Shown one piece after another: positions 62,880 through 64,000 of a DNA stretch of 64,000 bases. The notes beneath the pieces are model-generated. The model made no database searches. It was not told the DNA's origin and saw only the letters and a program-made list of their open reading frames with translations. Source of the stretch: Haplodiscus bocki (Eukaryota); assembly GCA_965655095.1 (NCBI GenBank), contig OZ296652.1, positions 69,254,001-69,318,000 of the forward strand. The letters are read 5' to 3'. Both the position numbers and the translations under genes were made by a program. The number at the start of each line of letters is the position of its first letter. Within the stretch, counting starts at the first letter, position 1.

Positions 62880-63700
62880 CTTGTATATAAATTTCTGAGA
62901 ATTAATGGAGTTAATCAAATTTCTGTTTAATTGTTTAATCAGTAGTTTTTTTATTACTGTGGCACATTTAAAAATCAGTTCGAAAACCTCTGTGTTAAAT
63001 TTTGTGTCGAAATCTCGGTTTAATGAAGAGGTCTTAATCAATTTGACACCTTTGCAAGGTTGTTTGGTTTTTGTGTAAACTGTAGACGTCTCTTCAAGGT
63101 CAAGCAAGTATTATATCACAGTCTTCTGCAGACCTTTCCGATCCGTGCACAACTCGCATTTGTGGCTACATTTTGATCAAGAAGGAAGTATCCTAGGCTC
63201 GAACCTCGGGCTTTCGCTCCGCAACCGCGTGCTCTACTTAATGTATTAATGCCGCCAGAGAATCAGTATTCATCTGAAATGTCCACCAATGAATTATCAT
63301 AGCGTTTCTTACTTGTCTTCTTGCGCAAGTGTTGCGAAGTGTAGCTTCTCTGTGTGAAAGAAGTGGACCTTCGAGGTTTGAAAGCCTTGCGAAGCTCCCG
63401 CTTGGCCTCTGTGTTTACACTTGCGGAAGCATAAGTTATATCACAAGGTTTTGCCACTTTCCGATCCGTTTAGATCTTGCGTTTTTTTCTCGTTCATGCG
63501 TTCTCGCTTGGTTGCTAATATTTGTTCACGTGGCCCTATTTCCAGTGTGTAGGTTTGCAGTAAAGTATTCGGAGTTACGGGGCCGCAGTTAAAAACTCAA
63601 TCAACTGAGCCACTCGCTTGAGAAGTGAAAATTTTACTTTAAATATGGAGTACACTTTTGTTTACACTAGCTTCGCCTCTGTAAAAAAAGGGTTTCTGGT
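62880..63700. mobile_element. SINE-like repeat of the same family as 12180-12720
   Basis: aatcagtagt..aaaatcagt body, tRNA-like ctcgaacc..gtgctctact (~63197-63238) and hairpin motifs at 63330 and 63387. Confidence 0.5.
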
Positions 63701-64000
63701 CGAAAACAAACTTCTGAGATTTTGCAGATCGTGAACTCGAAATTACCCAAAGTTTAACGGTTTGGTGATAATTGCGAAGTTTTCGATTATTGACTCGGAG
63801 ACTTGGAAAGAATGGCCGACTATTAGAGTCTTTTTTTTTTCGTGAGCAACAGACTCACTTCGAATCTATGAAGTTTTTCTACAGCGTTGCTTTTTTGCAT
63901 TTTGTGACATATCATTGTTTTTGATGCTACGAACTGTACCATATCTTTCCAAACTAAAATATAATCAAAAAAAAGTTCATGATACTTGACTTTTTTGCGG

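Overview
AT-rich animal genomic DNA with spliceosomal introns; the repeat landscape and a leader-like 31-mer suggest an acoel worm, which is my inference. Four host genes lie on the + strand: intronless SDHAF2 (4161-4553), an 11-exon zinc-finger gene (5351-43680) with a 30.4-kb intron, an archaemetzincin (44211-48132) and ZNF622/Rei1 (51724-59274). Around and inside them are a decayed CRE-like RLE retrotransposon, a Ty3/Gypsy element whose internal 3.68-kb segment is tandemly amplified about five times, a CR1/L2-type LINE, a deleted hAT element, a foldback element and SINE-like repeats. The main observation is that the two unrelated non-LTR retrotransposons both begin with the same 31-nt sequence, GCCTAATTGTTG(T/C)GATAAACTTATTAA(A/G)TAG, only 18-22 nt before a PHD-finger ORF. 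It looks like a retro-copied spliced leader (SL). This suggests promoterless retrotransposons that are processed out of read-through transcripts by SL trans-splicing, with the copied leader's terminal AG possibly serving as the next acceptor. All gene models and alignments were done by eye.
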